Shown here one piece after another: positions 37,408-49,900 of a DNA stretch of 64,000 bases. The position numbers and the translations under genes are program-made. The notes under the pieces are model-generated. The model saw only the letters and a program-made list of their open reading frames with translations, was not told the DNA's origin and searched no databases. Every line of letters begins with the position of its first letter. Positions within the stretch are counted from its first letter, which is position 1. The DNA is from Eledone cirrhosa (Eukaryota), in assembly GCA_964016885.1 (NCBI GenBank), contig OZ024742.1:294748001-294812000 (forward strand), in the 5' to 3' direction.

Positions 37408-38311
37408 CTTCAATAGTCCCAAATAATATGGGGGGGGGGGGGGGAATATGCAGAAGAGTTGGAATAAGTGTGTGGGGGGAATAAGTGGGGTGAGTAGGGT
37501 GGGGAATAAGTGGGAGGGTTAGAATAAGAGGAGGGGGTCGCAGTAAGTAGGGGTTGTTGGAATAAACGGGGGGGGGGGGGAATAAGCGAGGTTTGTTGGA
37601 ATAATCAAGGGGCTTGGCTGGAGAAGATTCCTGTTATCAATCCTTTTAGATTAGTCCACCATACAGTTTCCTTCAACATAGCAACCATCAGGCTGAGGAA
37701 GACTTGCCAGGTCTCCCTTCTAAAAGAAGATGGTGGTCCAATTTTCACTACAGACCTGGCTGATAGCTGAATCTGCTTGGACATCATTGAAATTGAAATT
37801 GAAATAAATTGAAATTGAAATAAATTAAAACTGTGACAGTTTAAATATATAGAGAGCATTTACATTGCTCTCTATATATTTTTTCACAGTAAAGGTTTTA
37901 TCTCACACAATTATATTACATAATATTGAACCTATGAGATTTTGATATTATTTATTTTGAGAACAATACCTTAACATAAGTATGAGAGGCCGGTTATGGC
38001 CAGTTTAAATGCTAAAGGGTTAAAGAAATGCAGTCAGTTTTGAATAAATTGTGATTTGAAGAATTTTTTTTTTCCTTGGTATGAAAATAAATCCACTGTG
38101 ATTTTGATAACTTGGTATTTTGGTTTATTTGTTTATATAATGGAAAGGTAGCACTAATGGAACTCGTGGTGGAATAACTTTACTTTATTTTTCAGTTTAA
38201 TCTCCATTTAGATAAGCAACTTTTTGTCATTAGCAATGTTTACATTTTGGTTGTGCATCTGTTAGAGAAGAAATTTTGTAGCATTGTTTTTTTCCCTGTG
38301 AGAGGGTTGAC

Positions 38312-38677
38312 TACTCTTGGGTCCCAAATAATAGGAGGCGGTTGGAATAGGTAGGGTGAAATCAGTAATTTTTCTAGGTTGTCTGCGTTGATTTTTAAAA
38401 AAACACCAGAATTAGTAATTTAGCTTACATATTGAGACCCCAACCCATCCTATTTATTTTATAACATATGGGATTTCTAGTAATGTTCTTTTTTTGTCAT
38501 TTATAATGTGTTTATTTTAATGTATAAAGAAAATTAATTGTCACAGGAATGCTACCACTTAAAATAAAATTTCACAGGAAATAGATTAAAAGGTGAAATA
38601 ATGGAGGGGGATTAGAAAAACTCTGAAAAATTAACAAATGGAGGGGGGGGGGGCGATTAGTAGAGACCCAAGAATAA
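38312..38677 (+). mobile_element. TA-flanked MITE (Tc1/mariner-pogo type), complete
   Basis: TIRs TACTCTTGGGTC...GACCCAAGAATA. Confidence 0.75.
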
Positions 38678-38790
38678 GTCTCCTGTACACAGAATTCATC
38701 CACTTGCTTTTGATCTAGCAGCTCTACAATCTCACCTGACCTCACTTTCATCAAGTTTACATTGAGGGTAGTGGCCTTAAAGGTTTGGAA
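38678..38790 (-). mobile_element. RTE endonuclease N-terminal remnant
   Basis: TLNVNLMKVRSGEIVELLDQKQVDEFCVQET matches the APE start TLNVGTM..RSxEIV...VDIxCVQET. Confidence 0.65.
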
Positions 38791-38968
38791 GTTGCAGGAA
38801 GAAGGATCATTGCGGAGTGTAGCAGATACCTGGTTACATTTGAAGGGTTCACATACATGATGGATTCTTTGGCTTTTAACCAACCTGGTCATTTCCCTAG
38901 AACATAATACTATCACTAACTATTATGCTTTGATGTTTTATTACTATTCTTGTTTAATAGGTCTACCT

Positions 38969-39162
38969 CAGATCTGCCAACCTCTAAAAACCCAAACGGG
39001 GAGTACCATGAAAAAATGTGCCCCAAAACGGAGAGAAATGAGGCAAAATGGGGAGATTTTACATAATGAAAACTATACCCATTTTCACAAGAGAAGACAT
39101 CTCTCACCCAACCAAAAAAGGTGGGATATCTCCCCGTCAGACAGGGAGAGTTGACAGGTCTG
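38969..39162. mobile_element. hAT-like MITE with a 6-bp TSD
   Basis: TIR CAGATCTGCCAAC / GTTGACAGGTCTG (11 of 13 match); CTACCT at 38963-38968 and 39163-39168. Confidence 0.75.
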
Positions 39163-42100
39163 CTACCTGGTGTTAGTAATGGTGACGGTGTGACGGTGTT
39201 GATGTTGGTAATTGTGTATCTAACACCCTAACAACTAACCCAGGAGATAATTTAATGGAAGATTCCATTTTGTGCTGTTCGTTGTTGAGGACTTCCAATA
39301 TCTGGTAATAATGTGAATAGAACTCCTTTACACACACATGCATGCTATGTCTTACCTCACTAGTGTAGGAATACAACACACATACCATTTCTCTCTTTAA
39401 AAGAGTTAAGGAGAGAGGAGAGAGAGAACTAATTATTTTAGCCATGCTAAACATGAAACACATCTTTTCACAACTCATAAAAACTCATGAACTACAACTA
39501 CTTCACTTATCAATCTCTACAATGTCCTTGGTCTCTGTACTACCATTTTCCTCTGACAAATGAAGATGACGGCTTTGTGCCTGAGAAAGAAGTGTTGTGA
39601 TGGGAAAATGGTTGATGGATCTGTTGTTGTTGACTGTCCTTCTTAACAACACCTTTGCTATTTTGTCTGTCAGGTGTATCCAATATGCTGTTCAAATGAT
39701 GGTGTACAGTTTGTTTTTTACTTGCTTGTGTAGCGGAGCTGCTTGCATGGCATGTATCAATAATCTATCCAGGCGGGATTTGGCTAAAGTCAGACCAATC
39801 GTAAGCTACGTATAAATATATATCAACTTCCGCCACCTCAAAGATTTTCCCGCTTCTTTGGTAAAAACTAGTCTCTTGCTGCTTTGGACTCTGAAAAGAA
39901 AATACACTATTATGTCGGCCTCCTTCAGCCCAGCACAGCGCCTTTCTTTACTTCTTAAAACTTGTCAACCCAGCTTAACATTTGTGGTCAGTTGTAAATA
40001 AAGCTTGTAAAATATTATAAAGTCTCATAATATTATGTTCTACAAAGCCTACAACTGAACTACAACTACTTCAACAAACATTCCCTTATGGCTAACTCGC
40101 CTCTCTCTCACTTAACAAACCTTATATTTCTCACTATAACAAATAAAAACAATAACTTTATACTCTTTCTTATTAATATTATGCCAACATGGCACAATAT
40201 TATTTTTCTGCTAAATTTGTATTTGTTTTTGATTTGTATGTTCTAAGAAAGCCATTCAGTTACAATATCCAATTTTCTCAATTCATGACTAAGGTATCTC
40301 AGTAATATAAAAACTTACGGGTGACATTTACAGAATTATGGTAAATGAAAAAAGACAATGACAACCAAGAAACCAATGACAAGTATCAAAGAGACTTACC
40401 GAAATATGTGATGTATAGACAAACAACCAATGAAATTAGTGATATAATTGTTCCGACAAGATTCCCTTCTGTAATTATTTCAGGTATAAATACTTTTAAT
40501 TCTCTGAAAGTACAGAAAGGAAAGTATAATAGAATGAATATATACATATATATATATTACACCTCCGATTAACAAAAAAAGAACAACAAAACAAAAAGAA
40601 ATTTGACTACCACCAGATGTCTGAATCATTGATATATACTCTTGGGTTCGAAATAATAGGGTGGGGATTAGTAACTTTTCTAGGTTGTCTTAATTGATTT
40701 TTTTAAGAGACCCCAACCCATTCATGCATTGCCTGTTCCAGTTTGGTATAACAACATGTTTGAGGTCCAAGTAATCAATTACGAAGACAATGTGCAGAAA
40801 TAATTGATAGATTTCCCAAATGACAATGATGCCACAATATGGTATCAGTTTCATGGCTTGTTGTATCATCAAGTATAGTAACATCTTATCTCAATCTAAT
40901 AAAATTTAATTGAATACAGTTTTAAAGGGTCAAGTTTGCTTTCATTTGTTCTTTAATATGGTAGTAGCAGCACCCACTGCTGTATAAATCAGTGTTATTT
41001 GTTACCTCCCTTTGGCATTTTTCTACTGCACCATAAAAAGTCAGTTTACACGCCAGTAATAAACTTTTACCAAACATTTATAGTATGCTTTTGAATATTT
41101 ACTACACCAGTAGGCAGTGGAAAATTGTTCTATGTGAACGTGGGCAATGATGCAAAAAAGTTTAGGAACTCCTGGTCTACTGTGACTGTTTCCCTATAAC
41201 TATTAGCAGGGTTAACATTGAGTATATTTCTATGAACACCACTAGGGCCAACCAGCCAACAATTCATACAGCTTCTGTCTATTAAATTTCACTCAAAAGT
41301 GTTTAGGAGATACAAACCAATGGTAGAAAACACTTGTTATTTTCCTTGCCCCAAGCAAGGCAATAAAATCACTAAAATGCAAGGGGTTATTAAGAATGGT
41401 AAGGACAAGACATGGAGTACATAATTCAAGGAGTGTGAAGATAACGATTGATATTGCTTTTGAAGTTTTACAAATTGTAATGGTAAAGAAAGCAAGAAGC
41501 CAGAAAAGAATTCCATAGGCAAGATGTGTGAGGGAAGAAATTATCAGAATAGAATTTGTGATTATATTTGCCATGGTGATGCACAGTGAGATCAAACCTG
41601 AGACCAAATGATTGTTAAGCAAGCTTCTTAAATGCATATTTACACATGTGTGTGTCTGTGTATGCATGCATATGCATATATGTGTGTGTGCATGTGTATG
41701 TATGCATGCATGAACATTAACATAAATGCACAAAAAATATTTCTTATAACATCCATCCATCCTGAAAAAGTGATAGGGGCACCGTCATAGCATACAGCAT
41801 GTGTTGGGCATTCAAACCTGTGGAAGCAAATTCCTCTCCAGATCTGAACATAGCTAAATCTTCCAGAGAAACAGAGAGTGAGAGTGAGGGGAGAAAGAGA
41901 AAGAAAAAGAATCAATTCCAGTACTAGACTGGTACTTTATATATTGTCCTAAAAAAGATGAAAGGCAAAGTTGACCTTGCCAATATTTGAACTCAGGGCA
42001 CAAAAGACTAGAATAAATACTGCAAGGCATTCTACTCAATGTTCTAATGATTCTGCCAATGAAAAAGTTACATATATTTAGTTTAGAGGAACTAATCATG

Positions 42101-42404
42101 TTGAGTTAAATCTTTCATTACTTTAGCTGTATCCTATCAAATCACAACAGATGGAAAATATCTTTTTATCGTCTTAAAATGTAAGCTGAAAAAAAAAAAT
42201 GCTTTACACACTCATGTATATAAACACACACACATACTTTAACACATATGTACATATATAGTTTTTAATGCAAACATAAATACATATTCATACAGATACA
42301 CATTCTTATTCACACACACAAACACGCAGACAACTATATTTACAAGCTAACACCTACACGCAGACATATATACACATATGATATACAATAGATCTCAAAA
42401 GTTA

Positions 42405-42440
42405 TCAGCCAATCAGTGCTTTTTGTAGAATGACGTCATT
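42405..42440. promoter_or_regulatory. CCAAT box plus perfect CRE palindrome
   Basis: AGCCAATCA at 42407-42415 and AATGACGTCATT at 42429-42440. Confidence 0.3.
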
Positions 42441-42556
42441 GATGGTCAGGTTTTCAGCCAAAAAGGCATGCAGCCATTAATATACACAACGTTTCTCTCT
42501 GTCTCTCCAACTTATACTATCTGTTTATCTCCTTCCCTTAGTATCTATTTTCCTCA

Positions 42557-42559
<3 letters not shown>

Positions 42560-42647
<88 letters not shown>

Positions 42648-42828
42648 CCTCCCTCTCTCTCTCTCTGTGCATTTCACCTTCTTTCTTTTACGATCACTAT
42701 TCCTTGTTCTTTCCATATACATATATTTTTTCTGACTCATTTTCATTTCACACACATATACACATACACATCCACATTCATATACATATACACACACACA
42801 TATATATATATACATACACATGTACATT

Positions 42829-42883
<55 letters not shown>

Positions 42884-42891
42884 ACACACAC

Positions 42892-42940
<49 letters not shown>
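42560..42940. repeat. (CT)n, (CA)n and (TA)n microsatellites
   Basis: Read directly from sequence. Confidence 0.95.
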
Positions 42941-42941
<1 letters not shown>

Positions 42942-43147
42942 TATTTGTTTTTGTTTTTGTTCCTCCACCAATCTTTCCATTTATCTCACAAAGATTTAAA
43001 AATTTCAAATGAAATCATATTGTTAGAACTCTCTAGAAATCTGTGGAAAAACGGTTTTCAGATCACAAATACTGTTAACTCTTAATAACCTGTGATTATT
43101 TAGCAGAAAATAACTAAGATCAACTTTGTTAATTTAATCTTTTATTC

Positions 43148-43840
43148 ATGGCTGAAATAAAAATCAGTGTTGCGAAAACTGAGATGCTCGTTCTCTCAAG
43201 GAGGCCAACACAGTGCTCTCTACATGTAAATGGAGTTCCACTGAAGCAGGTAGAGAAGTTCAAATATCTCAGGGCCATATTCGTGAGTAATGGAAGGCAG
43301 GCAGCTGAATTAAATGCAAGAATTGCAGGAGCTTGAACAGTCAGTAATCAAAAGAAGGAAGGTAGGTGTAAAAGCCAAACTCACTATCTTCAATTCGATA
43401 TTCATGCCAACCATTACCTATGATCATAAATCTTGGATAATGACTGAAAGAGTACGATTGCAAATACAAGCAGCCGAAATAGAGAGTTACTTCAGGTAGA
43501 ACCGCTATTTCTTCAAATTGAAAGATTACAGCTCTAATACTATGGGCATGGGATTAGAATGTCTCAGGAAAGAATTGCTTGACAGATTTTATGGGCAAAA
43601 CCAACTGGCAGAAGACCCAGGGATAGACCCTGAGCAAAATAGTTAGATAACATCCATGAGCTTGGCTGGTCTTGCTTGGGGATCTAGCCCGATCAGTTGG
43701 AGATGGTTGCTTCTGACAGGACCCACTAGGAAGAGTGTTTGAAGACTCTGCCTCCACGACCCTCTCAGGAATAAGTGGATGAAGAAGAAGACGAAGACAA
43801 AGACAAAGACGAAGAAGAAGAAGAAGAAGAAGAAGAAAGA
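43148..43840 (+). mobile_element. Second RTE family (no PHD insert), degenerate 3' fragment with (GAA)n tail
   Basis: KISVAKTEMLVLSRRPTQCSLHVNGVPLKQVEKFKYL and IFMPTITY..SWIMTERVRLQIQAAE. Confidence 0.8.
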
Positions 43841-44421
43841 TAGATATTCTCTCTAATTAAAAAAACAAACAAACAAGAAAGGAGCTGATTATCAGGTGAA
43901 ACCAAAGAAATTGTTTCCATTGGTCTTTCAATTGTTGATACTATCTGCTGGTCACAACAGAAGAGATTTGAACTCAAAGTGCACAGAGCCAGAATAGATG
44001 TGACAATGCATACTGGCCAACTCTTTAACAACTCTGTGAATCAACTGCCCCAGGAATTGCGCTTTATTATCAACCAAAAACAGTTGAAAGGTGAACTTAA
44101 CCATGGCAGGATTTGAACTCAAAACATGCAGTACGACAACAAATATCAAAGTATTTAATCCAACACGTTAATAAATCTGCTAATTCAGCGCTCAATAGAA
44201 TAAAAAAAAAATAGCAAAAACAAAAAGAAACACATCTAGCAAATGTTATAAGTTTTCATTGTTGATACTTTCTCTGGAAGAAATCTGTTGTACTCAGGCC
44301 TGGAGAGGGGTGGGCTCCACCAGGCTTAAAATGCTTAAGAAACGCTGTATGTCAATACGACGCCCCTAATACTCTATCAGGAGTTACGGGACCATACATA
44401 AATACAATCTGTCCATAAAAC

Positions 44422-44615
44422 CCTTTAAAACCCTCATGCTTCCCAAAATTCGCCAAAACTACACCTGATGTACCCCTTCCATACACATGCACACATGTGT
44501 ATATCATGCACTGGTCATTTTCCTGACGTTTGTACATTACCCTATTTACTATACATACACTTTTGATGAGTTGTAGTGCACCTGAGCACTGTACACAATA
44601 TTTTCATTATTATTA
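44422..44615 (+). mobile_element. CR1-group LINE extreme 3' end
   Basis: Matches ~11037-11240. Confidence 0.85.
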
Positions 44616-44621
44616 TATATA

Positions 44622-44812
44622 AAGGGCGGTGGACTGGCAGTATTGGTAGAGGGTCAGACGCCATGCTTTCCAGCATAGTTACGTCCCTTTACGATCTGAG
44701 TTCAAATCCCGCCGAGGTTGACTTTGCCTTTCATCCTTACGGGGTCGATAAAATAAAGTACCAGTAATGCACTGGGTAATTGCTGGCCTTGTGCCTAAAG
44801 TAGAAACAATTA
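44622..44812 (+). mobile_element. SINE family A inserted in the CR1 tail
   Basis: Full-length copy flanked by ATTATTATATATAA on both sides. Confidence 0.9.
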
Positions 44813-45367
44813 TTATATATAATAATAATTCCTGGCAGAAGAAGGCAGAATTTGAACTAAGAATGCATAGACCCAGAATAGATACTGCAAAGCATACCGA
44901 CTGACTCTTTAGCAATTTCACCAAGCTGCTGCTCCTCTGGACTAGTATTTGACCTTTCAACCTTTCAGGCTTGACAAATCTGAACTCAAAGCACTGAGAA
45001 TTGCAACAAATACTGAGACATCTAATCTATTGTTCTAATGGTTCTACCAATTTACCACTTAATAGAAAACAAAGAAACAAACAAAACACATTTAATAAAT
45101 GTTATGTGTTGCCAGTAACAGAATTCTTATCTAAGTTGGGTATCTAATAACACCATTAAGACAGTTACAAGAAAGGTTACTCAACTACCCAGCCTTTATA
45201 CTAACATCTAGGTAATACAGATGGTGCTAGTTACTCCCCTTTCCAATCCCGAAATTCTGTGATATTTCTAGATACTCAACATACTTTTTTTGAGAAGGTG
45301 AACCACTAAAATATTAAAGAGTAATTTACATTGTTAGGATGTACAAAACATTATAGGTGGCTTTGAA

Positions 45368-45405
45368 AGTTACCTGGTGTAGAAAGAACAGGGTAATAAT
45401 GATTT
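45368..45405 (-). promoter_or_regulatory. Candidate recursive splice site, weaker donor
   Basis: Minus strand ATTATTACCCTGTTCTTTCTACACCAG|GTAACT; junction 45374/45373. Confidence 0.35.
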
Positions 45406-45665
45406 AATGGGGGTGCCCATATATGACTACATCATTAGCTCCACTTTTTATTTACTATTTAGTTATGAAAGAAATGGTACAGCTCTTGACTCTTTTCATG
45501 GCCTCTGAGACTTGTGGGAAGGAGGGGACAGAAGAAGGTATCTCAAATTGGTTACTTGGTTTGAATGCTTGCTACAGAGTGGGTTCTACTAAAGGTACAC
45601 AAAGGCCAGGTGGTGGTGTTGAAATGGGAGTAGGGAACTACTCCTTAAATCATACACTATTGATT

Positions 45666-45892
45666 TTAACCCTTTAGCATTTACATTACTCTATATATAC
45701 TACTATATTTTCATGATAAAGGCTTTACCTTACATAATTATCTCACATAATATCGAATCTATGAGATTTTGATATTATTTAGTTTGAGAACAATACTTTA
45801 ACAGCTATAAGCAGCCAGTTACAGCTGGTCTGAACAGAAAGAGATGAGAGAGTTCTGGCTGGACACAGCCAGTTTAAATGTTAAAGGGTTAA
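45666..45892. mobile_element. TTAA MITE family 2
   Basis: TTAACCCTTTAGCATTTA...TAAATGTTAAAGGGTTAA; other copies at ~35800-36010, ~37855-38023, ~53658-53873 and 61444-61675. Confidence 0.8.
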
Positions 45893-46904
45893 AGAAAGGT
45901 CACAATGGATAATGTAGTCCAAGGTGAATTATGTTTGAACGGACTGTTGTCCATTTGTATATCTAGAGCTAAGCCAATTTCAGCTTTGCCTTTTATCCTT
46001 TTAAGGTAGAGTAGATAACATAAAGTCCTAGTCAAAGACAGAATTCTTAGAGCAGCAGACGAGATGTCTTGCCATATTTGTTTTGGCTCTTTGCATTCTG
46101 AGTTTAAATTCTGCTGTGGCCTATCCTGGGTGATAGACTTAATCTTTTGCCTGGTTTGGCATGAACTCTCAGTTGCAAACATTCAGACAAGCTATCCAGT
46201 TTTAGGATAGTTTCTTCCAAAGGTCATAGATGCTATCCTTCTCTCTCTAACTTAACTGTCAAAAACAAAGTTAGTTGTGAAATTCAGAAATAGCCTGTAA
46301 TTCTATAGCAGTGTTTTTCAAAGTGGTTTGCAAAGAACTGCAGAGTTCTATGAAAACATTCAAAGGCTTAAGGAGATAGGGAGTTAATTATGTGTTCAAT
46401 TATATGTTCAAACCTCCTTGTGTCTAGTGACATCATGGCACTACACCTGGAAAGTTCCTCTTCAAGGCACAGATGAGGACATCCTTCAGGATAAATGGGA
46501 TGACACATTTAAGTCCCCACCTGGTAGTTTGCACCAATCTCTTTTGCACACTTTGCCTTATCTTTGTATTACCTTGATCCCACCTACCTCACTATCTAAG
46601 TACCACAGTTTAACCCTCTTCCATCAACACCAAACTTGTTCAACTCTAGCTCTTATTCCACCCTCATAGCCTTGCCCAGCCCAACCCATACCAACACACA
46701 AAGACAGATGCAACGCTTCTTTCATGCTCATTTTATCCTGTATGCATAAGTAGGTGGGTCCTGTGTAGTATGGCATGTTACCAGTCAACTTGATCCTGAG
46801 TGAGGTTTTATTGTATGAAATCAATTTTCACTGCATCATCTTAAGTTTTCATAGTTCTTCTTCCATAGATTTTATCGGCTTTGAGCACCCTGCACTTCCT
46901 CATG

Positions 46905-49315
46905 TTTTACGTCCGTTCTTCCACACTAGCATGGGTTAGACGGGTTGTCCTGTTGTGGGTAGTGTCTGGTCGGCTGACCATGATTTGCTCATACAGGAAC
47001 TGATTTGGCTTGATTTCTACAGCTGGATGCCCTTCCTAATACCAACCTCATTTACAGTGAGTGCTAGGTGCTTTTTCCATGGCGCCTACACGTCCACTTT
47101 ACAGTGTGGGCTGGGTGCTTTTTTGCCGTGGCACCTCCACGACCACTTTGCAGTGGGAGGGTGTGGGGGCATATTGTCTATATGCTTCAGCTTGTACCCA
47201 TTGGAGGTCGGGTACTCTGTATTACTGCGTGACGCCAGAGGTCACGGTCGTGTGTCATCGCCTTTGAGAGGTGTAATTGGGTAAGGTCGGCTTTTATCAC
47301 CTCAACCCAGGTCATCTTGGGTCTCCCCACTCCGCGGTTTCCCTTGACTTCTAGTGCTCTGCACCTTTTTATGGAGCTGTCATCCTTCATACGTATCACA
47401 TGTCCATACCAATGCAACCGCCTCTCCTGCACACAGCATTTGATTCCTCTTATGCTCAGTCTCTCTCTCAATTCATTTATGCTTTGCTGTTCGCATATAT
47501 TACTATTACACATCCATTGGAGCATGCAGGCTTCATTTCTCTCTAATCTACGTAAGTCTTCCACCTTCAGCGCCCAGGTCTCACTACCATGTAACATTGC
47601 TGTTCGGATACACGCATCATACAGTCTGCCTTTCATTTTGAGGGAGAAGCCTTTTGCAGCTAGCAGTGGTAGTAGTTCCCTGAACTTCTTCCATCCTGTT
47701 CTTACCCTAGTTATTGTACTTTCTGAACACCCACCTCCACTGCTAATTCGGTCACCTAGGTAGCAGAAGCTGTCTACTGTCTCTACAGAGCCCTCCGAGA
47801 GATTGGTGGTACTTGTTTCCTGTGGCTGTTTGCTGCTTGTTGTCCCAGTACAGCTGCTGCATGTGAAGCCTACATTCTTAATTAAGCTTCCTGAGATCCC
47901 GCTACATCTCTTGTGTACCCATTGTTTGCATTTGGGGAAGAGAATGGAGTTCCTACCTACACCTTTCCTACATACTGAGCAAGGCCATTTCCCTGAGGGG
48001 ATCTGGGTTCTGTTTTCTCGTCTACTTACAAGGACCTTAGTCTTTGTCATGTTGACTTTGAGACCCTTTCTTTCTAGTCCCTGCTTCCAAGTTTGGAATT
48101 TATTCTCTAGTTCTACCATAGATTCAGCTATAAGTGCGAGGTCATCAGCATACAGGAGTTCCCATGGGCATCCGTTCTTAAACTCCTCCGTTATTGCCTG
48201 CAGGACTATGATGAACAGGAGAGAGCTAAGAACAGAGCCCTGGTGGACCCCAACCTGTACGCTAAATTCCTCGCTATACTCATTGCTAATCCTAACTTTG
48301 CTGACTGCTCCCCTATACATGGCTTGTACAGCTTTCACAAGCCATTCATCTACTCCTAGTTTTCTAAGAGCCCACCAGATTACAGCACGTGGAACTCTGT
48401 CAAAGGCTTTCTCGAGATTGACGAATGCCAGGTAGAGTGGCTTACTTTTAGCTAGGTACTTTTCCTGTAACTGCCTCACAAGGAAGAGGGCATCAGTAGT
48501 GCCTCTTCCTGGTACAAACCCAAATTGCATCTCATCTAGTTTCACCCGGTCCCTAATCAACTGTGCTATAACTCTTTCTGTTACTTTCATGACCTGGTCC
48601 ATCAGCTTTATACCTCTATAGTTTCCTCTATCGAGTGCATCACCTTTACCTTTGTAGCAGTTGACAATGATGCTACTGCACCAATCTTTTGGTATGACAC
48701 CTTCTAGTATTACCTGGTTAACAATACGTGTGGTTATAGTGTGACCTACAGACCCAGATGCCTTCAACATCTCGGCAGCTATACCTGATGGACCAGTTGC
48801 CTTCCCCATCTTCATATCTTTGATTGCCTTACTTACTACGCTGCTGCTGACTTGTACTGCTGGCCCCTCTATAGGGTCTACTTGGGGTAGGGTCTCTTCT
48901 TCCCATGCATTCTCCTCATTTAGTAATCTAACATAATGACTCTTCCATGCATCTTTCTTCTCAGCACTTGTGAGGGCAAGCTCACCTTTATCATTATGGA
49001 TACACTTCTCTCCAATGACATCACAATTCTCTCTGACACACTGCCTCGCAATCTTGAACACCTCCTGTTTCTGGTCCTCACGTTGCAAAACATGCTTGAA
49101 TTTTCTATCCTCTGCTTCCCTCCTAGCTAAGTATACTTGTCGCCTAGCTTCCCTCTTGATCTCTATGTAATGTACCCTGCTCCCCCTGTTCTTCCATTCT
49201 TTCCATGCCTGTCTCTTGGCCTTAACTGCCTCATCTACCTTATTGTTCTACCACCAAGTCACTCCCCTCCTGCTTGTGGTCTTACTCCAGCCACAGACCT
49301 CATATGTTGCCTCTA
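46905..49315 (-). mobile_element. RTE-clade LINE, 5'-truncated, with an intact RT reading frame
   Basis: 633-aa ORF 47187-49088 with KATGPSG, NYRGIKL, QFGF..GRGTTDA, QGSVLS and YADD; 3'UTR extends to ~46905. Confidence 0.95.
47187..49088 (-). CDS. Reverse transcriptase (RTE ORF, partial)
   Basis: Complete RT motif set; stops upstream of the ORF; no endonuclease domain present. Confidence 0.85.
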   Translation of the reverse strand: MQREDQKQEVFKIARQCVRENCDVIGEKCIHNDKGELALTSAEKKDAWKSHYVRLLNEENAWEEETLPQVDPIEGPAVQVSSSVVSKAIKDMKMGKATGPSGIAAEMLKASGSVGHTITTRIVNQVILEGVIPKDWCSSIIVNCYKGKGDALDRGNYRGIKLMDQVMKVTERVIAQLIRDRVKLDEMQFGFVPGRGTTDALFLVRQLQEKYLAKSKPLYLAFVNLEKAFDRVPRAVIWWALRKLGVDEWLVKAVQAMYRGAVSKVRISNEYSEEFSVQVGVHQGSVLSSLLFIIVLQAITEEFKNGCPWELLYADDLALIAESMVELENKFQTWKQGLERKGLKVNMTKTKVLVSRRENRTQIPSGKWPCSVCRKGVGRNSILFPKCKQWVHKRCSGISGSLIKNVGFTCSSCTGTTSSKQPQETSTTNLSEGSVETVDSFCYLGDRISSGGGCSESTITRVRTGWKKFRELLPLLAAKGFSLKMKGRLYDACIRTAMLHGSETWALKVEDLRRLERNEACMLQWMCNSNICEQQSINELRERLSIRGIKCCVQERRLHWYGHVIRMKDDSSIKRCRALEVKGNRGVGRPKMTWVEVIKADLTQLHLSKAMTHDRDLWRHAVIQSTRPPMGTS

Positions 49316-49477
49316 ATGTATATATATATATGTGTGTGTGCGTATGTGTATACACGTGTGTGTATATGAGTGCAAAGTTGTTAAGGTTTAATTTGCCTCT
49401 TTTGGAGTTTAATTGTCACTGTTTACCTGTAAACAGCGCCACCTGGAGGTTGTCACAATCTTGGCGGACATCTTAGT

Positions 49478-49499
49478 AAACTACTACTACTACTACTGT

Positions 49500-49554
<55 letters not shown>

Positions 49555-49556
49555 GT

Positions 49557-49605
<49 letters not shown>

Positions 49606-49607
49606 GT

Positions 49608-49668
<61 letters not shown>

Positions 49669-49682
49669 GTTACTACTACTGT

Positions 49683-49736
<54 letters not shown>

Positions 49737-49783
49737 GACTACTACTATTACTACTACTGTTACTACTACTACTATTACTACTG

Positions 49784-49821
<38 letters not shown>

Positions 49822-49900
49822 GCTAATGTTAATTCTACTAGTAGTGCTGTTACTCCTGCTACTACTATTATTATTACCACTACTACTACTACTACTACAG
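49478..49900. repeat. (TAC)n microsatellite with periodic TGT interruptions
   Basis: Read directly from sequence. Confidence 0.95.

Noticed and set aside
40370-40415. Hammerhead-like remnants (CCAATGA...CGAAATATG; also ~59205-59250 and CTGATGAG at ~60391)
   Set aside because: Core incomplete or stems do not pair.
40465-40490. Plus-strand TTTTCAG|GTATAA (also TGTCAG|GTGTAT at ~39672)
   Set aside because: Weak donors; treated as background for the recursive-site motif.
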